DNA of 64,000 nucleotides from Phoronis australis (GCA_002633005.1 NMRA01000355.1:204532-268531), one strand, 5' to 3'. Numbered from the stretch's first letter, positions 38,001 to 52,969 are shown. Notes: generated by a model not told the origin, from the sequence alone. Translations and numbers: made by a program.

Positions 38001-40773
38001 GGTGGGGGGCCGTTCTTTGCCAACATTGCTTAACTCAGTTGTTCTTCAAGGTGTTAGTAGTTTTAGCATATTTAAAACCTAGTTTTGAAAGTTAATTTCA
38101 TCATACCCCCACAGAGTAACCAAGTTCAGATACATCTATGACGTCTTAGATCGAAATAACTTTTCCGTGTTCTTGCACGGCCGTATCATAGCGTACGCGT
38201 CATATCGGTGGTCTCGCGAGCACTTCTTCAATCACGTGCGATTACCACTAGGCTCTCTGTTCTGCTGCTTGTATCGTGGCATTTTTCAAGAGTGCCCTTA
38301 CAGCTTCCCGGAAGAAAACGTCTCGGAAACTAGTGACGGCTCGTGACTTGGTGAAGCAATCACCACTTTTAGTGACCGGTCAAACTGAACAAGCATGAAA
38401 TCGAGGCTCATCGAGCTACACTGATGACAACTTAGAAATAGCCAACTGGGAGTGAAAACAGTCTTGACAAACGATGATCCCCTGAAATTATCTGAGCGTA
38501 ATGACAAGTATGAATTGCTTATCGCTGTGTTATGTTATAATGTCAAAGAAAGTGCTTTGTACAATGTGGCTACAAAAAAGTCCCTTCATCGAAACCAGGC
38601 GATGCGCGCCAGGAGAATCAACATAGGCAAATAGATCCCAACTACAACCACTGGAACACGGTAAGAAGGCAAATTTCCCTTTTATTTGGGTGTGGGCGTT
38701 CGGTAGGAAAATAGGGCGTCTGAGTGTAATTCACGGCTGATATTTAGAGGGTTAATTAAACCTCCGATCAATCTTCTGATCTGATGCGATATGTAAGCAG
38801 TGTAGGTATAACGCAATAATATCCGCTACAATGTGAAGAAGAAATACCGAGTTACTTTAAAGACGGTCTTTCGGCCAAATTTTCGAATCAAAAAGCATAT
38901 GCAATGTATCGTTTCACTGATGCTGTTTCACTTCTAAGCGGAGCCTGCACGACTCGGCTCTGCCAAATGTTAGAAAGTGACGTCACGCAAAATGGCAAGC
39001 GCTAATCACTTGTAAAGGTATGGGGTGAACGCGTGTGCAAACCTTTCCAGTCGATTTGCTTCAATACATATTATAAGAGAATGACTGGAGGCTTTTGCAA
39101 GTAAAGTTGGAAATTAAAATCGTGATTATATGAAGGTTAAAAATGGATTCGTGCACAGCGCAGCAATCGATGGACTCCAGGTCTATGTAGCAGCAGGCGC
39201 TACACAATTTTATCTACACTAGGCTGCAGTAACCTAAGTCGTATTGTACAGCCGAACTGTATATCACGACAAATGTAAAACACCTTATGAAAAAGTGATA
39301 TTCCTGATACAAGAAACGCTGTTAATGAAAACTCCCGTGCGGTTCGTGAGAAACAGAGCCTGAAAATCTGTATATTGAACAAGAGACAGCTACTAGTTGG
39401 ACACAAATCATCGCGCAGACTTGACTAATAAATCCTGCGCTCGCCCCCTTGTCTAAACCACTACCAAACGTGTGGTAAAGAACTTTCTACGTCACAGCCA
39501 ATTGGCAAGGGTAGATAGTAAAAATATTTAAAGCACCTGAGCGAAAGCAGGGCATACCTTGGATGCCGGGAAATGTTAAACTCATAAAATTTAACTTGCA
39601 TTTTCAACAAAGTGTAGTATACTCTTCAAGAACAGAAACTCGTTATCGGTAAAGAGGAAATACTACGCTGTCTTCATAATATAGAGATGAGAGTACGAAA
39701 TCACATATATCGTCAATGTTTTCGACAGCCCGACAACAAGATTAAAGACAGATGATCAGCCAATTTTATGGATACTTTATTTGAAATATTAATACTCCCA
39801 TCGAGTGATACTTGGAGGCCTATGTTTGAAGTGCGCTATTTAATTGTTTAATTACGAATTTCAAGAAAAATTTAATGCTACATGTATCAGACGTAAACCT
39901 AACTATCAGTTGTGTACGCTGAAATCTCGATAACAATACTTAAAGAATATGGTTCTTGGAACTCGCGGCAGTTGAACCACTTTGAAAATGTGGCAGCATT
40001 AGTGGCGAATGAAACTGAGTGTTTGTTGAAAAAAAGCATTCAAGACGCCAGGTGTCTTTCAACCACTGGTAAGAGTTGATGTCGGTATTCACGTTATCCA
40101 GATGTTAAGTGTTGGACGTGTCTGACACGCGGACCAGCAAATAGGAATAGAAATGGACAGTCACATCATATTTTCAAAAATTATTTTTTCAAAGCAGATA
40201 ACCACGGGCCATGTTAGCTCTTGTACCTTCTACATCGCTTTTCGCTTGGATTAGACGGTGTTTGTGCCAACAATGGTTGCACCAATTGTGGAGAAAGATT
40301 AAACTTGATCTGTTCCATATCCAGGTAATTTTTTCAAGGTGCCGTTCTCTCGGTGTTTGGCTATTGAAAAAAGCACAAACGGGAAATACCGACGGTATGG
40401 CATGTTTACCTGCTACCTCCATGCTTACAAACAAAGTTGGCGGAGAATCATTTGGACCGAGACCGACACTTCCGGTGTGACGTATGAACAATTCAGTTAG
40501 AACCTGTGGGAACCAAAAGAACGGTTACCTCCCCCTATATCGTTCGGCATACTTGTAGTTGAATATCAATCATTTTGCCACGAATATATGTAAATTGACG
40601 GTAGGGTGGATTATTCGTATGTTCACTGGTTTTCCTAAAACCAGGAAAAGGCTTAGTGGGGCTTTTTCAGATCACCGCTTAAAAGTGGATTTAGTCTAAA
40701 ATGCACCTCAGTTGAGTCAAAGTTTGCTTTTATCCATGTACTGTATTAAATATTCTCGCATCTATTCTCTTCG

Positions 40774-40803
40774 CACGCACACACACACACACACACACAC
40801 ACA
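40774..40803. repeat. (CA)n microsatellite, next to a single-N gap at 40816
   Basis: Direct reading. Confidence 0.95.
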
Positions 40804-41719
40804 TCCGATAACTAGNTCGGTCTTGCCCAGCCGTATTTTCAATCCCTTACCTCTACAGAATGTTCTCGCGATGACAGAATTGTAAAGGATTCCGGTACGG
40901 TTGATAAAAATAGCAACGATTAAGCTGTGTTTAGGAGCGCCCACGCTGCGAGTAACAGGCCTTAACAATGTACACACTGCGTGGCTTGAAATGCCAGAAA
41001 ATGTCAGGACGAAGACCCCACTGCTATTTTAAAGTGAAGGGTTTCCCGTTACAAAAGTTGAATTAGCTAATGGTGCCGTGTTGCACTGTGTTGGGCGAGT
41101 CCTTCCCTAAAGTGCTTGCGAGTATTTAAGATTTAATCTGGAAAACATTAACTTAATGGTATGAGACTCTGTGAAATAGTTTCAGATGCAACATTGTTTG
41201 CAGTTTTGCTCTCTCTTTTGTACTACATGTCTATTGGCTTACTCAGTTCCGCCCATAAACATCTATAAACATCTATAATTAGACGTCTCTGGCCCCGTCC
41301 CTTTCAAAGTGAGACTGCGCGTGTACATGTCGGGACACGTATATATATCAGGTGACTGGTTTTCATTGTTTTGACTTTCCGTTTGAGGTACATGGAATAA
41401 TTCCAGTTCTGAAACAAGGCGAGTCACAACGTTCCTAGTTCACATTTTCCACAATTACTCCGTCCAATTTAGTACTCAAAACTTAAACAATACAGAGGTT
41501 GGGCATTTTGGCATGATTTTCAAACAAAAATACTCGAAATCTTAAGTAATTCTCAGTTTTCCGAGTAGTACTTAATAAAGCGTGACCAGCAATTATTTTT
41601 AAGTAACTTTTCGCAGTTGGAGAAATTTTAATTCTGTCATATAGCACTTTTAAAAAGTTTTCAATAGGTAGTGTAATCTCTTTGAAGCATCAAAGGACTA
41701 GCATGGTACAGATATTAGC

Positions 41720-41790
41720 AGGAGCGTGGAATCGAAACCACTTAGCTTCGCAATCGCAGTCGAACGCTCTGACGCTGAGACGAATTCAAC
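41720..41790 (-). repeat. Decayed tRNA-like sequence (possible SINE head)
   Basis: Minus strand CTCAGCGTCAGAGCGTTCGACTGCGATTGCGAAG..GTGGTTTCGATTCCAC: degenerate A box and B box with a T-arm hairpin. Confidence 0.4.
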
Positions 41791-42996
41791 GGGTTAAATT
41801 GCAAGATTATTTTACATTGAGACACGAGCCTTGATTGCAGCAAAACTGCGTAGACATGACTTTATTTAATAACATCATCAAAAATGCTTTTTTCGAACGC
41901 AAAGCCAATAATGACCCTTAATGGTTTGCTATGCGTACTAAAATTGCAATCAGTATGAATAAACAAAAATCGTCCATTTGCAAAGTATCTATCTTGCACT
42001 TTATACTTGGAAATTTTGAACTTTTTGGACCTCCTTTACCAGAAAATTCATTTACTGGGCTATAGAAGTCGTTAGGTTTGAAAGTGAGAAATTTGTCTTG
42101 TTTTATCTTACCAAAGACTTCCATTACAACTGTAGAGGAATAGAACATTCCGTAGATCCATTTTGTCGTGAGAAGAGCAATAACTAGCAAGACATCGCAA
42201 CTCACGCTAGACAAAAACGAGTATTTTGCGAGTGTGCCTGGAAGCTCACAAAATGGCGGTCACTGAAGCGAATGGTCGGAGAGGTTGGAGTGTTGCATTG
42301 TGGGATTGAATTTAGTGTTGCCGTACCGTAAATGTAAATTTTTCGCCGCGAGGGCAAACAAATGTCTTGCGGTCCCAGTTCTCATGTCTGAGTACGCCTT
42401 GAGGAGGCACAGAGCAGTTCTCACTGGGCAAAACCCACATCACTTGATGTGTCACCTTTTCTTCACTCTGTCAAAAACAGGATGCACAATGACATGTTTT
42501 CAGTTATTTCACATACATGTAAAAAGCCCTGCAGATAAGCGCAGAAACTTTATTCTCTCTTGTATTTTGACCCTTTCATTCAAACTGAAAACCAAACTAG
42601 ACTAAGAAAAATAGGGGCAAAAAGTGCAAAATCGGCACTTTTCACCCCAAAAACACCACTTCCCTGCCGATTCACGACTAAAACCAACAATAGATTCTGA
42701 AAGCATATTTCCTACAAATTCCGAAAATGTGGCCCAAAAGTACTGTCAACTAACTAGTTTTTTGGCAATCGTGGCTTGTTTGAGGGCTACCTAAAATCGC
42801 AGCCAATTTCTCAGTGGCTACCCAGCAATGCACAATTGCAACCGGGGGCCGCCATCTTGAAGAAGAGTGCAGCCACAGCCTCAGCATGTTCACAAATACA
42901 AACAAACCACATTCACTGTGCCTACATGCAATGTCCACCTACAAAATGCACCCAAACCTGTCCTACCCCAACATTTTAACATTTTGGGGGTGCAAA

Positions 42997-43077
42997 TTGG
43001 CCGCGGCCCCAGTCTAACTATTCTTGGCCGCGGCCGCAGCCTAACTATTCTTGGCCGCGGCCGCAGCCTAACTATTC
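42997..43077. repeat. 27-bp minisatellite x3 (TTGGCCGCGGCCGCAGCCTAACTATTC)
   Basis: Units at 42997, 43024 and 43051. Units 2 and 3 are identical; unit 1 has 2 differences. Confidence 0.95.
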
Positions 43078-46000
43078 AGTGTCACCTGACGAGACATGAA
43101 TGAAATTTGGTGGTTCCCCAATTCGAGTGTTATTCCAGTGAGGACAGTTCAAAGTCAGACATTCCGAGTAATTGGAGGGTCTGAGTAAACATTTGTGTTC
43201 ACGAATCCTAGTTTTGAGCTCACTGACGGCATTTTGACGTTTTAATTAACTATTTCCAGCTTATCTTATGCTAATTTCAATGAGTGTATGTTTTCGAACT
43301 TCCGTTCTTTCGTTCATGAAGTAAACAAGACACAAGATTTAATGCGTCACCGCGAATTTTCAAATGTGCAACAGCGCTTCTAGACGTATCTCATTGAATA
43401 TGTGACTCTAAAACAAATCATCTATTTTTACAAATGATCTCAAATCTTCCCTTGCCCAAAGCAACTGACGACGGATTAACGCGCAGCAGAGTCAAAACTA
43501 TAGCTTTCGAAGTTGTATATGTTAGTTCCACGAGCAATCCGACATAAATGTATCAATCAATATTTCGCCCATTAAAGATTCGTTTATGCACATCATGAAT
43601 ATTTGTGTCGCTTCGGGTTTGCGTTAAAGCGGCTAAAAATTCGGGTTCCATCCAAAAAGCGAAATTTAATTAAAACCACTTATCGCTAAAACAATTGGTT
43701 ACAGCTTACACCTTACCGAGATCAGAAGAGATTTCTGAGTTTGTCGAAAGGTGACAGTTCGGTACTCAATGAGAACATGCCGTGAAACGCCGTGACAGGC
43801 CAACTTGTAGAGTCTGTTCCCAAGCAACAATTAACTGTTAATTCAGTCAGTGCCCTGAAACAGGAAGTGGTTATATCTTCCTGCCCGAAATCATTTCCAA
43901 TTTGCCACTAAGGAACAACTCGGGGTAAATTTCATAACGGCAAATGGTCTAAATAAGAAGTTAGTTTTTGTGGTGGACGGTGGGGTCGCTCAAAACGTGG
44001 ATTTCAATTTTGAGACGGTAATTGCTAGGTAACGCATTTCGAACTTGTGTGTTAACCATCTACAAGTGATCTAGTAAATGAGAGATAATGAGTTTTAGCG
44101 CTATTGAGTTTGCGTACATAGACAACACACGATCACTTAACGGTCTCAATGAAGCCATTGTCTGAACAGCACGGCCGAGCTTCCGGGAATTCGCTTCTTA
44201 AGTGAAGTCCGGTTGCCATTCAAGGCCTTGTGCTGGTTGTGGGCACTAAGCGGCCAGGCAGACTACACTACTTGGGCCACGTAGGACCAGCAGATACATG
44301 TATGCGTCATACTGTCATCAGGCTCGCAGTGTAGTTATCCATCCTGAGGTTATCTATAAGCTTATCGCCAAGTATCTGGCCGAAAATCTAAAAAACTATA
44401 AATTTTACTTAGTAAATATATACGTTGTCTGGCAACAGAAAACCTGTAGACTTTGAGCTTTGAGTTTTATTAATCTGGCATTTATTTTGTAGTGCGACAT
44501 TGTCCTTTTAGAAGGCCTGCATGAGCCAAAAAGTACGTTGATGGATGAACAAATGAGATGGCCAAATTCCTTTAAGATCAAGGCTTGATAACGTTGTCAC
44601 AATTTCAGCTCTACATTATCCTTTCATTATCGTTTTTACAGTTTTTGATTTTTTCACAAGGATCACAAAAGTCCTATTTTTGATACTACTCGTGTAAAAA
44701 GGAACATTTTAAATCAATTCCTAACAGCCCTTCCATCCCTGTATATCTAACTCCCGTTTGTCCGTATACGATTCCAGACGACAACGGTTTTCTGTCTTTT
44801 GTTAATCGCCATGCCAAGCCTTTTGTCCGATGTCACCACGGAAACGTCAATTACCACACTGAATGAATATTTTGATGTAAACACGCATTGACTCAAAACT
44901 ATTGTAAACAAAGAAAAACCTATTACAGCGTTTTGGCCACTTTTTGTCGCATTTCTTCCGCGAAAGATGAATTCTTCACTAACTTTCCTCGAGAAATTCA
45001 ATTTTAGAAGTCAAGCAAGCTAAAATATTACCAGTTTCTGCCCTTGTCATTTCAATTTAGTTCACCCAGTATGTTATTTCCCTGCATACATCGCTAACGG
45101 CATAATTGCTCTGTACCACACACTACCACCTTTGATCAACTTTCGAGAAATCAAGGGAGGGCGGCGTCTCTGGTTGATGTTGAGAACCACTGACCAACCA
45201 TTGAAATGTCCGGTTTCTCGTGGTTGTAGAGCATTGTACAAGGCATAGTATCTGAAAACTTCGTGAGGATCCGATCAGCCATTTCTGAGATACATGTTCC
45301 AAATTTGAAATTTTCTACGGTTCTACATAACCTTTAATAACGCGACCACGCCATACCAGGTCAATGTTACAGCTCGTGCGTCACCCACAACAGCTTCCCT
45401 GGATTCAACACAGCGCCACCTAACAGCGGATCAATTCCCTCATGATACAGGTACGCCCTAAGTGTCAACTCCTAAGACACAGAAACGGGGACAGATGTGC
45501 TTGAGTGCGTTCAAATGACGCGATGAAACAAATAACTGGTCTAGGCTAGTTTCATGCAAGCTGCCAAGACCGCGCATGAAGCCTACACGATGACATTGCA
45601 ACCAAAGCATTTGGCCGTAGTTTTCACATGTGGGTAATAGCTACTGTAGATGTATCTCCCGTTGTTGGTAATTGCTAGATGTATCTCCCTCTGACCATGG
45701 CGTTAACGAAGTCTGGAGAATCACTTTTTATGATTCAAACAGCTGCCACTATAACACCTGCACTCAACGGTGTTCTATTCAGACCCCTATTAAACTGTTT
45801 TCGGCTTTTTGTTGTTTATGCTGGGATCCCGCGGTGACGCAATGTGGCACGAAAAAGCGACTTCATCTGTTATTTGACGAGTCTACATTTGAGTGATTAT
45901 AGTCGTGTTTTCTTATTTTGTCAAGGCTTTGCTAGGACTATATGGTTATCACAAGAGATCTAAAATAACATAATACCGTTGAAGTTAGGCTTTAAAAGGA

Positions 46001-49000
46001 AGTTGATTGGATGTCACTCTAGTAATCGGCCACCAGGCAAGTGCGCAATATCATTATTTTGAAGCTACAGCACTTCATGTTAGGCTGGCTAAAACGAAAG
46101 TCGATATTGGTCCGTGTACACTTAAAAAATCCGTCTCATACTATTACTTTCTGTGATAGTGTTCTAAGTCTGTTACCAATAAGAACTTAAAACCAGCAAC
46201 GTCTCAAGAAAACACTTTAGTTTATTGAGGTTGGCCAATTCTAGAAGTGCGATACGAGTATGACGTATGTACGCATTGCCCGTGATCTCCGACGGTTGCC
46301 GACTCATTCGGCAACAATTCAAGATCGAATGAGAGTGGTAATTTTTTTAAACCCCAAAGCGCTTCGATTAAGAATTCTACATTGACAGTTGAGCAGGGGC
46401 GAACATGGAGCTTCAAGTTTATGGTTTTCTAGAAATTCTAATATGCAAGTGCGTGCTGTACCTGTGCACAAAATATTCCCTCCGATTTTTGCTGCCGATT
46501 CTGCCGATTAATTAGTTCGCTTAACACACCCAGTCAGCGTGTTTTTGACGAGAGTGGATAAGATATTTCACGAAAATGTGATTTTCTGATAAGCGATACG
46601 CGAAACCATCGCTGCTTGTAACGAAAAGTAGTTTCAACTTAAATGCCTTTTTGTTGAGTATGTATACATGTACACGTATGCTGCGACCTCGTGAGAAACA
46701 TGAGATCAGTACATCGTACAGTAACCGCAGACACGCGGAAAATACGGAAGCGCTAAACTGGCATGCAACCGTATCTGATATAGTTAGACAATTATGTTTG
46801 TTTTAACTTTATCCGACACTCAATCCGTGTGAGCTGATAGTGAGAATAAATCACAATTTAAAAGCGGAATACGTGGATACCCGGCCTTGCTATTAATGGC
46901 GGGCTTGACATTGGGGCGATATTAGTTTTAAAAACATTCATTCACAAACGAAAATGCACACGCCATGTCTTAAAATAATGATGCTGCATAAATAATCGAA
47001 GTGAAACGAACACTAAAGCAGAGTTGAAAACAAATTTCTAAGCTGTAAAAACGAAGAAATAATGAACTCACCGTCACCATGCAGGAGTTTAAGCGGAATC
47101 GGATGCTTATACGAAACTTTGAACCAAGCCGACCCCGCTGGAACGTGACTTTATAAACATTAAACCACCTCCACGGAATTCGCTGGTTTTCTTTACCAAG
47201 TGTAGAATAGAACGTAATTGTAATCTCTTGTGACGGTAAATAGTCCTTTGCAAATACACTTTCCAACGAAATTCTCTTGTTAAACGTTTCTTTGTAGCTC
47301 GATAACAAGGCGCATGTTTATTCTCAGACGAGGTTTTTTACTGCAGTAATGAAATGCGGCAGAAATCAGCGCGAAGAATGTATCGGAAAATCCGTGTTTA
47401 CCTGAACCTGTCTAAGCCAATCAGATAATAGATCATCAATCTGTTTTTGCTATCTTTTTCCGGGGGAGAGCTCAGCCATAGAAAGAAGGTGATACTACAG
47501 CGTATTGGCTTTTAAAATGATGACGTAGTGATGATTCACGCGAGGCACTTTTGCACATGCACTCAGAAACCTCGCCTTATTCGTCTTCTACCGATGAGGG
47601 ACACGGGCCCCTCGCAAAGTTAGGGTCAAGAAAATGACAGAAAATTTTTACTCTTTAATGAGAGTGCGTCAGCCTGCGGGTTACTCTAACATATACGTTC
47701 TTCTCGTTTCTCACCTGTTTTTCACTGAATTATTCGAATCTTCCTTCGAGATTGAAGAACTCGGATGTACAGTGAAAAACATCTGTTAGTGCAAAAGTAC
47801 AATTCATTTTCAGCAAAACTTAAAACTGCGTTTCAGTCCTATCAATCCGTCGATGTTAAACTCGTGTGGTTGTATGAAGGACCTTGGAAATGCAAGCATT
47901 TGGCCAAATTTGGTACTGTGCTTAAGGTATTAAAGTTTTGCTTGACGAGCTATCAAGAAAAAGGGAGATTTACGATCTGTATGGGAAAATTGAAAAAATG
48001 CATAAAACGAACACGAAATGATAATTTTGTAAACTGTAACACTGTTTTTGAGATTTTATTTTGAAAATTTATTTGATATGAAATTTGGTTATGTTACTGA
48101 TAACACGGAACGTATCTTCGTTTTGCTAACCATTAAAAACATGGTAACGTGATGCAGTTAATGGCAGTTATGTTATAAAATTAACGATGAAATTCTGCGG
48201 GCTTTCTACTCTCTGAGTTGAAACGCACAGTTTTTAGATATTTGGAAAATACACATACTTACCAATAATGTTCAACATAAACTTAACATAGGCGTTTTGG
48301 TGTTTAAGACAGTGCCACGCTCATCCAATTTCCAATTATCGCCGAATGACCTAGCAACTCCAGTAACAGGTAATGTGTACATGTGCCATTTTCGAATCCG
48401 CAATTTTAAAGACGTCTAACCCCAATAAATTCCACGCCAATAGTTAGTATCTGACGGTTTCAATGTTTCTGTTGGTATCAGAAATAGAATTTATCGCGGT
48501 TAGGATTATTGTGTGACAGATTTTAGGACAAAACTTAAATTTGTCTTAAGCTTGGTCCAAGAAAAATGATCTTAAGTTTGACTTAAGTTATCGATTTAAG
48601 TTTTATCTTAATTTTGACTAACTTACCGGATGTGGAAGTTTCAAAATTTGGAGGTTGAGACAAATCTTTGACATACTTCAAAAATGAACGGACCACTGAG
48701 TCATAGTGCTTCGTGTTGTTTTATATTTCGATAATATAATGAGCCTCATTATAAAACCTCCTGTTCGGTTTCAACCTCAGACGACAAATCGAGGCTAATT
48801 TCAGATATCAATCTTTTTCATCGTTATGTGTTCCCCCGGTCGTTGTCCGGGCACCACGACTCGCAGGCCAATCATCTACCACGGCTCATAGAGGCACTAA
48901 TACGGGTACCAGACAACGGAAACCAAGCGCATCTACCATGGATACTTTTACTGATTTTTGGGTGAAAATGACCGTTATAGCTAACATTTCAAGAAACCAG

Positions 49001-50094
49001 GTCGTTCGAAAATTTGCCAGTTTTAGTCAAAGATATATCAATTTACATAAACCAGTGTTTAGAAGTTGTGGAGTTATCGCCAACATAGCTATCATTGCTG
49101 CACATAGATGACCTTAGACCAGCCTTCCTTATGAACGGACTTCTTGACTGCAACTGCTCCTTACAAATGTACTGACGAAGTGCATGATACCGTGTAACGG
49201 GAGGGCAGGTAAAGTTAATGAATGTGCAAATTAAAACTCTCAATTTCTGGAGACCCGATGAAATATTCTCCTTGCGTATCCTTCTACTGGGGATTGATGA
49301 CTGACTGCTTCCGCGACAAATTTGTCTCCCTCTGTCGGTGTCCCTAAACAACAACACCGGTGCCCTGAGTGCACCACTGAGTCGGGCAACTTAACTTGAC
49401 TCTGACGTGACTATCCTATGACAGATTTTTGACTTTCACCCGCACAGCCTCTTTTACACCCCGGATGCGGCACCGCAGCATCGGAAAAGATTTCAGTGAG
49501 TTCCCAGAAGTTATGATTTATAATTTTCGCGTTATGATACCGTAATGAAGTATGTCACATTACCCAGCCACGGAGTCTAATTTCCGCACTCGAAACCATG
49601 AAACTTATTTTTTACTTCGATATGAGCAAAATTTGAGTATCTATTATTCCGTGATCGAGTATAGTATGGTTTATCTGGATGAGTGACCAGTCAAAGTTCG
49701 CAATGATGACCCCTAGATTCCAGCTAAAAACTCGACTTTAAAAACTCTGAAATCCCAGTAATTCAGATTGGAACTTTTCGCTTTAATGCCGGGGTCATCA
49801 AGTGCAATTTAAACATCCATCCACAAGCAAAGAATAATTGAAAATAATTTTGAATTCGTACTAAAGCCAAACAGAAGATGTCAAAAAAAAATTCGAGTTT
49901 AACTTCGAATAAAAATATTAGACCCTGTGTCCTGACATCTTATTTCATAAATGGACATTAAGCTTCAGTTTTGAAAAAACAGTGGCTTCCGAAGCCAACA
50001 TTTCTGATCCAGCAGCATCATTTATCATGGCCATTTGACATGTACATCAAGATCAAACCGAAACTGAGATGACTAATCCCGGGGATACTCTCAG

Positions 50095-50621
50095 GGATGC
50101 GTTCCGTAGAGTAAGTTTGTGGCAAATTTGTCGCTAACGCACAACAACAAGCAAGATCACGTGGGCAAAAGACACGTGCTTTGCAAGTAAACTCGCTATC
50201 TTGCCGGCTTACATCATCAAAATGGCGGCCACCGATGTGATTTGTTGGCGGGGCTAGAAGGTTGAAACAGGGGAGAAAACTTAAATAAAGTCACTATTCC
50301 TGTTTCAATCATCAGCGACAACTTTATACCAAGTGTTTCGTGAGTGTTTTGACTTGTGGAATGCACCCATTGTCAGGACTTAACCTGAGCAGCGAGATCA
50401 GTAGACACGGAATAGGGATGCTTTCCCTAACCCAAAACGCTCAAGAGTGAATTATATATCCCACAAGTCAATATCCTAAACTCATCGACCCATCACTTCA
50501 GTGGCTTACGTTTTGCTTGTCAGATACCGAGCTTACTTGCCAAACACTTCATTAGCGTAATTTCGCATGGTCTAGGGTGATCTTTCTTTTCGCGAGATTT
50601 TTGCACCTACGCAACGCATCC
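50095..50621. mobile_element. PIF/Harbinger-like MITE with CAG target-site duplication
   Basis: TIR GGATGCGTTCCGTAG / CTACGCAACGCATCC (14/15). CAG at 50092-50094 and 50622-50624. The internal GCTTACA..AAAATGGCGGC block resembles ~20425-20490. Confidence 0.75.
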
Positions 50622-51244
50622 CAGAACACGTTCCAAGGAAAAAAAGGAATACAAGTTGCGTCGATCTGAAATCGGGAAGGAGTAGAAAAGCAGACGATCA
50701 CAGCAACAAGGAGGCTGGTTGAAGCCTGTTACAATAGACAAGAACCTAAGTCTTAATAGAACTAGCTAGTCTGCTAGTCTAAGACCGACATTTAATCTAT
50801 GGAATAGAATTCCGTTGTAATTACTTTGGTATTCTCTGTGCGGTTTCGTTAGTATGAACTAAGATTTCGCTCGAGTACATGTACATTGCGGTTTCTTCAG
50901 GTGAGTACAGATATCTAAACGAGTGTGCACTTGTTAAACCTCAATTCAAATTCGATGAGTTAAAATTTGAACTTTCTAGTCACATCTAGAACTTGTTGAC
51001 TGATATTAGCTACCTAATACTTTCTAAACTGGACAAAAATCAAAAGTAACTGACTCGTAGCTTTTGAACCACTGCAATTTTCCAGACTGAGGTTTTGAAT
51101 GAAAAAATAAACTCATAACAATTCATTATTAAGTTTTTCTTTCTACTTTAAAGATATATATTATAAAGAACAGTTGTATAATGAAAACTACTACAACATA
51201 AATTGTGTTACAACACGTTAAATAGCAGCCAGTGAACACAACTA

Positions 51245-51321
51245 GTAGGAGAGAGTGGGGCACCATGAGCAAGCAAAGGAACATAGTGCCCCATGGCTCA
51301 AGGTGTCCCACTTTCTCCTAC
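51245..51321. mobile_element. 77-bp hairpin mini-element (TIR-only relic)
   Basis: GTAGGAGAGAGTGGGGCACCATGAGC versus the inverse of GCTCAAGGTGTCCCACTTTCTCCTAC, 23/26, separated by 25 nt. Confidence 0.7.
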
Positions 51322-52969
51322 CCCACAATGGGATCGACATTTTATACACATCCTTTTCCTTCACTATCACCAGCTTAGAACTCTAAAGGCTATCAAGATT
51401 AACTCTAAAATGCTGTACGAACATTTTGCAAATTCAACCCATACGTTAATTTGCATGTTCAGGGACCAATTAATTTCAACAGTTAAAATGACGCTGAAAT
51501 ATGGCTTTCATTCTGTTGATTTTGGGTATTTCATATTTAATTCTGGTTCTTTACAAAATACTTGATTTCGCGCTGAACGATCATCATTTTGACAGAAGTT
51601 TTAGTTGGGTTGATTTGTTGTCAAATTCCTTGAATGAAGTTTTCAACTGAAGAATTTATTAATCAGTTTTCAAGCTTCTTGAGCCAATAGGAGAACTTTT
51701 CATTGCGGATACAAGCAGTAAATATGCATATGAATAGATAATTAAAAATTTAACGCTTCTGAGTTCCTATATGCGTTTCATAGAGCAATTACATTCAATT
51801 AAGTGATGTCGTGAAACTAGTAAATACCAAATAGAAATTAAAAATGGGCTTTGACACGAAATAGCTCGGAATTACCCTTTACACTAGCCATTGTACCTAA
51901 CAATCGTAGTCACGTGTGTGTTGATCCAGAGAAGTTGACCCATTTTACGTACAAACAATCCTGCATGTGTCATTGGAAATTTTGTCATTGTCTATAATTC
52001 CCTCCAACGTTCAGTCAAAACCAATATCAATGTTAAATCCAACGCATCCTCTCATTGGCTCGTTACAAACTGCATAGCAACGCAGCATGCAACTTAGTAG
52101 CGGGAATGTTAATGAGCTTTTTCTGTTTAAGGAGCTGTGATGACGTCACAAAACTAGTCGCGTCCCCGTTATTTATTCAACCCCTGCCCGTGAAGGCGTC
52201 ACGGCAACAGGAAAACATTAACTTTTGAACGCACAAATGTATGCACGCCTGCTGAAATCCGATTGGGACCCAATGCGTGTTCTAATCAGTCATCTCAACT
52301 GATCTGTTCTGGAGAAGTGGAAAATACTGTTTGGTAAGGATGCCATTATACTGTCCGGTGGAAATGTTCAAGATTTTGTTGGGCATGCGGTGTCCAGCAC
52401 AGGGTTTCGTGGTGGCGTGCAATCACCAGGTGGCGAGACTGTCTGGTACACGTGTTGGCGCACCATGAACTGTCAGACACCGTGTCGTGGAAATCGACAA
52501 AAATTTCGTGAGTCCGCTCAAAAATAGTTTGGCACAGGGACAATTTGCGGAAAAATGAAGCAGAAAAGGTAATCAAAAAACAAAACTGACGGCTTGCCAT
52601 TGCTGTTAATGACCGCGGTGTAACAAGATAGTGTCATTTTCTAGGTGCGAAACTATCGTATCTGGTTTCAAGTAGAGATAATATGACTGGTTAGCATTTG
52701 CAGCGACTTCTCTACATAAATAGTAATGACGTGAAATGGCAGTCAGCTTATGTATACAATATCTGACTTGTAAAGTTTTCGCTATTGAATACCCGAGAAC
52801 AAATCAACAAGAAAATTGGATGTATGTGTATAGGGTCATTTATTTTTATCTCCTATATCCTGTAAGTTTCATGATCCAGCAAGTCGGGTAAACAACTTTA
52901 AAAAAACGTTGATTCGAAATCCTTAGTCACTAATTAGTGATAGCAGTATGAGTCCTTCAAAGCCATTCT

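Noticed and set aside
42997-43077. 27-bp repeats as a CRISPR array
   Set aside because: Units are directly adjacent with no spacers, there are no cas genes, and the context is eukaryotic.
45408-45426. CTCF-like motif CAGCGCCACCTAACAG (also CAGCAGGTGGTGC near 11960)
   Set aside because: Partial matches that are expected by chance in 64 kb. Unsupported without ChIP or conservation data.
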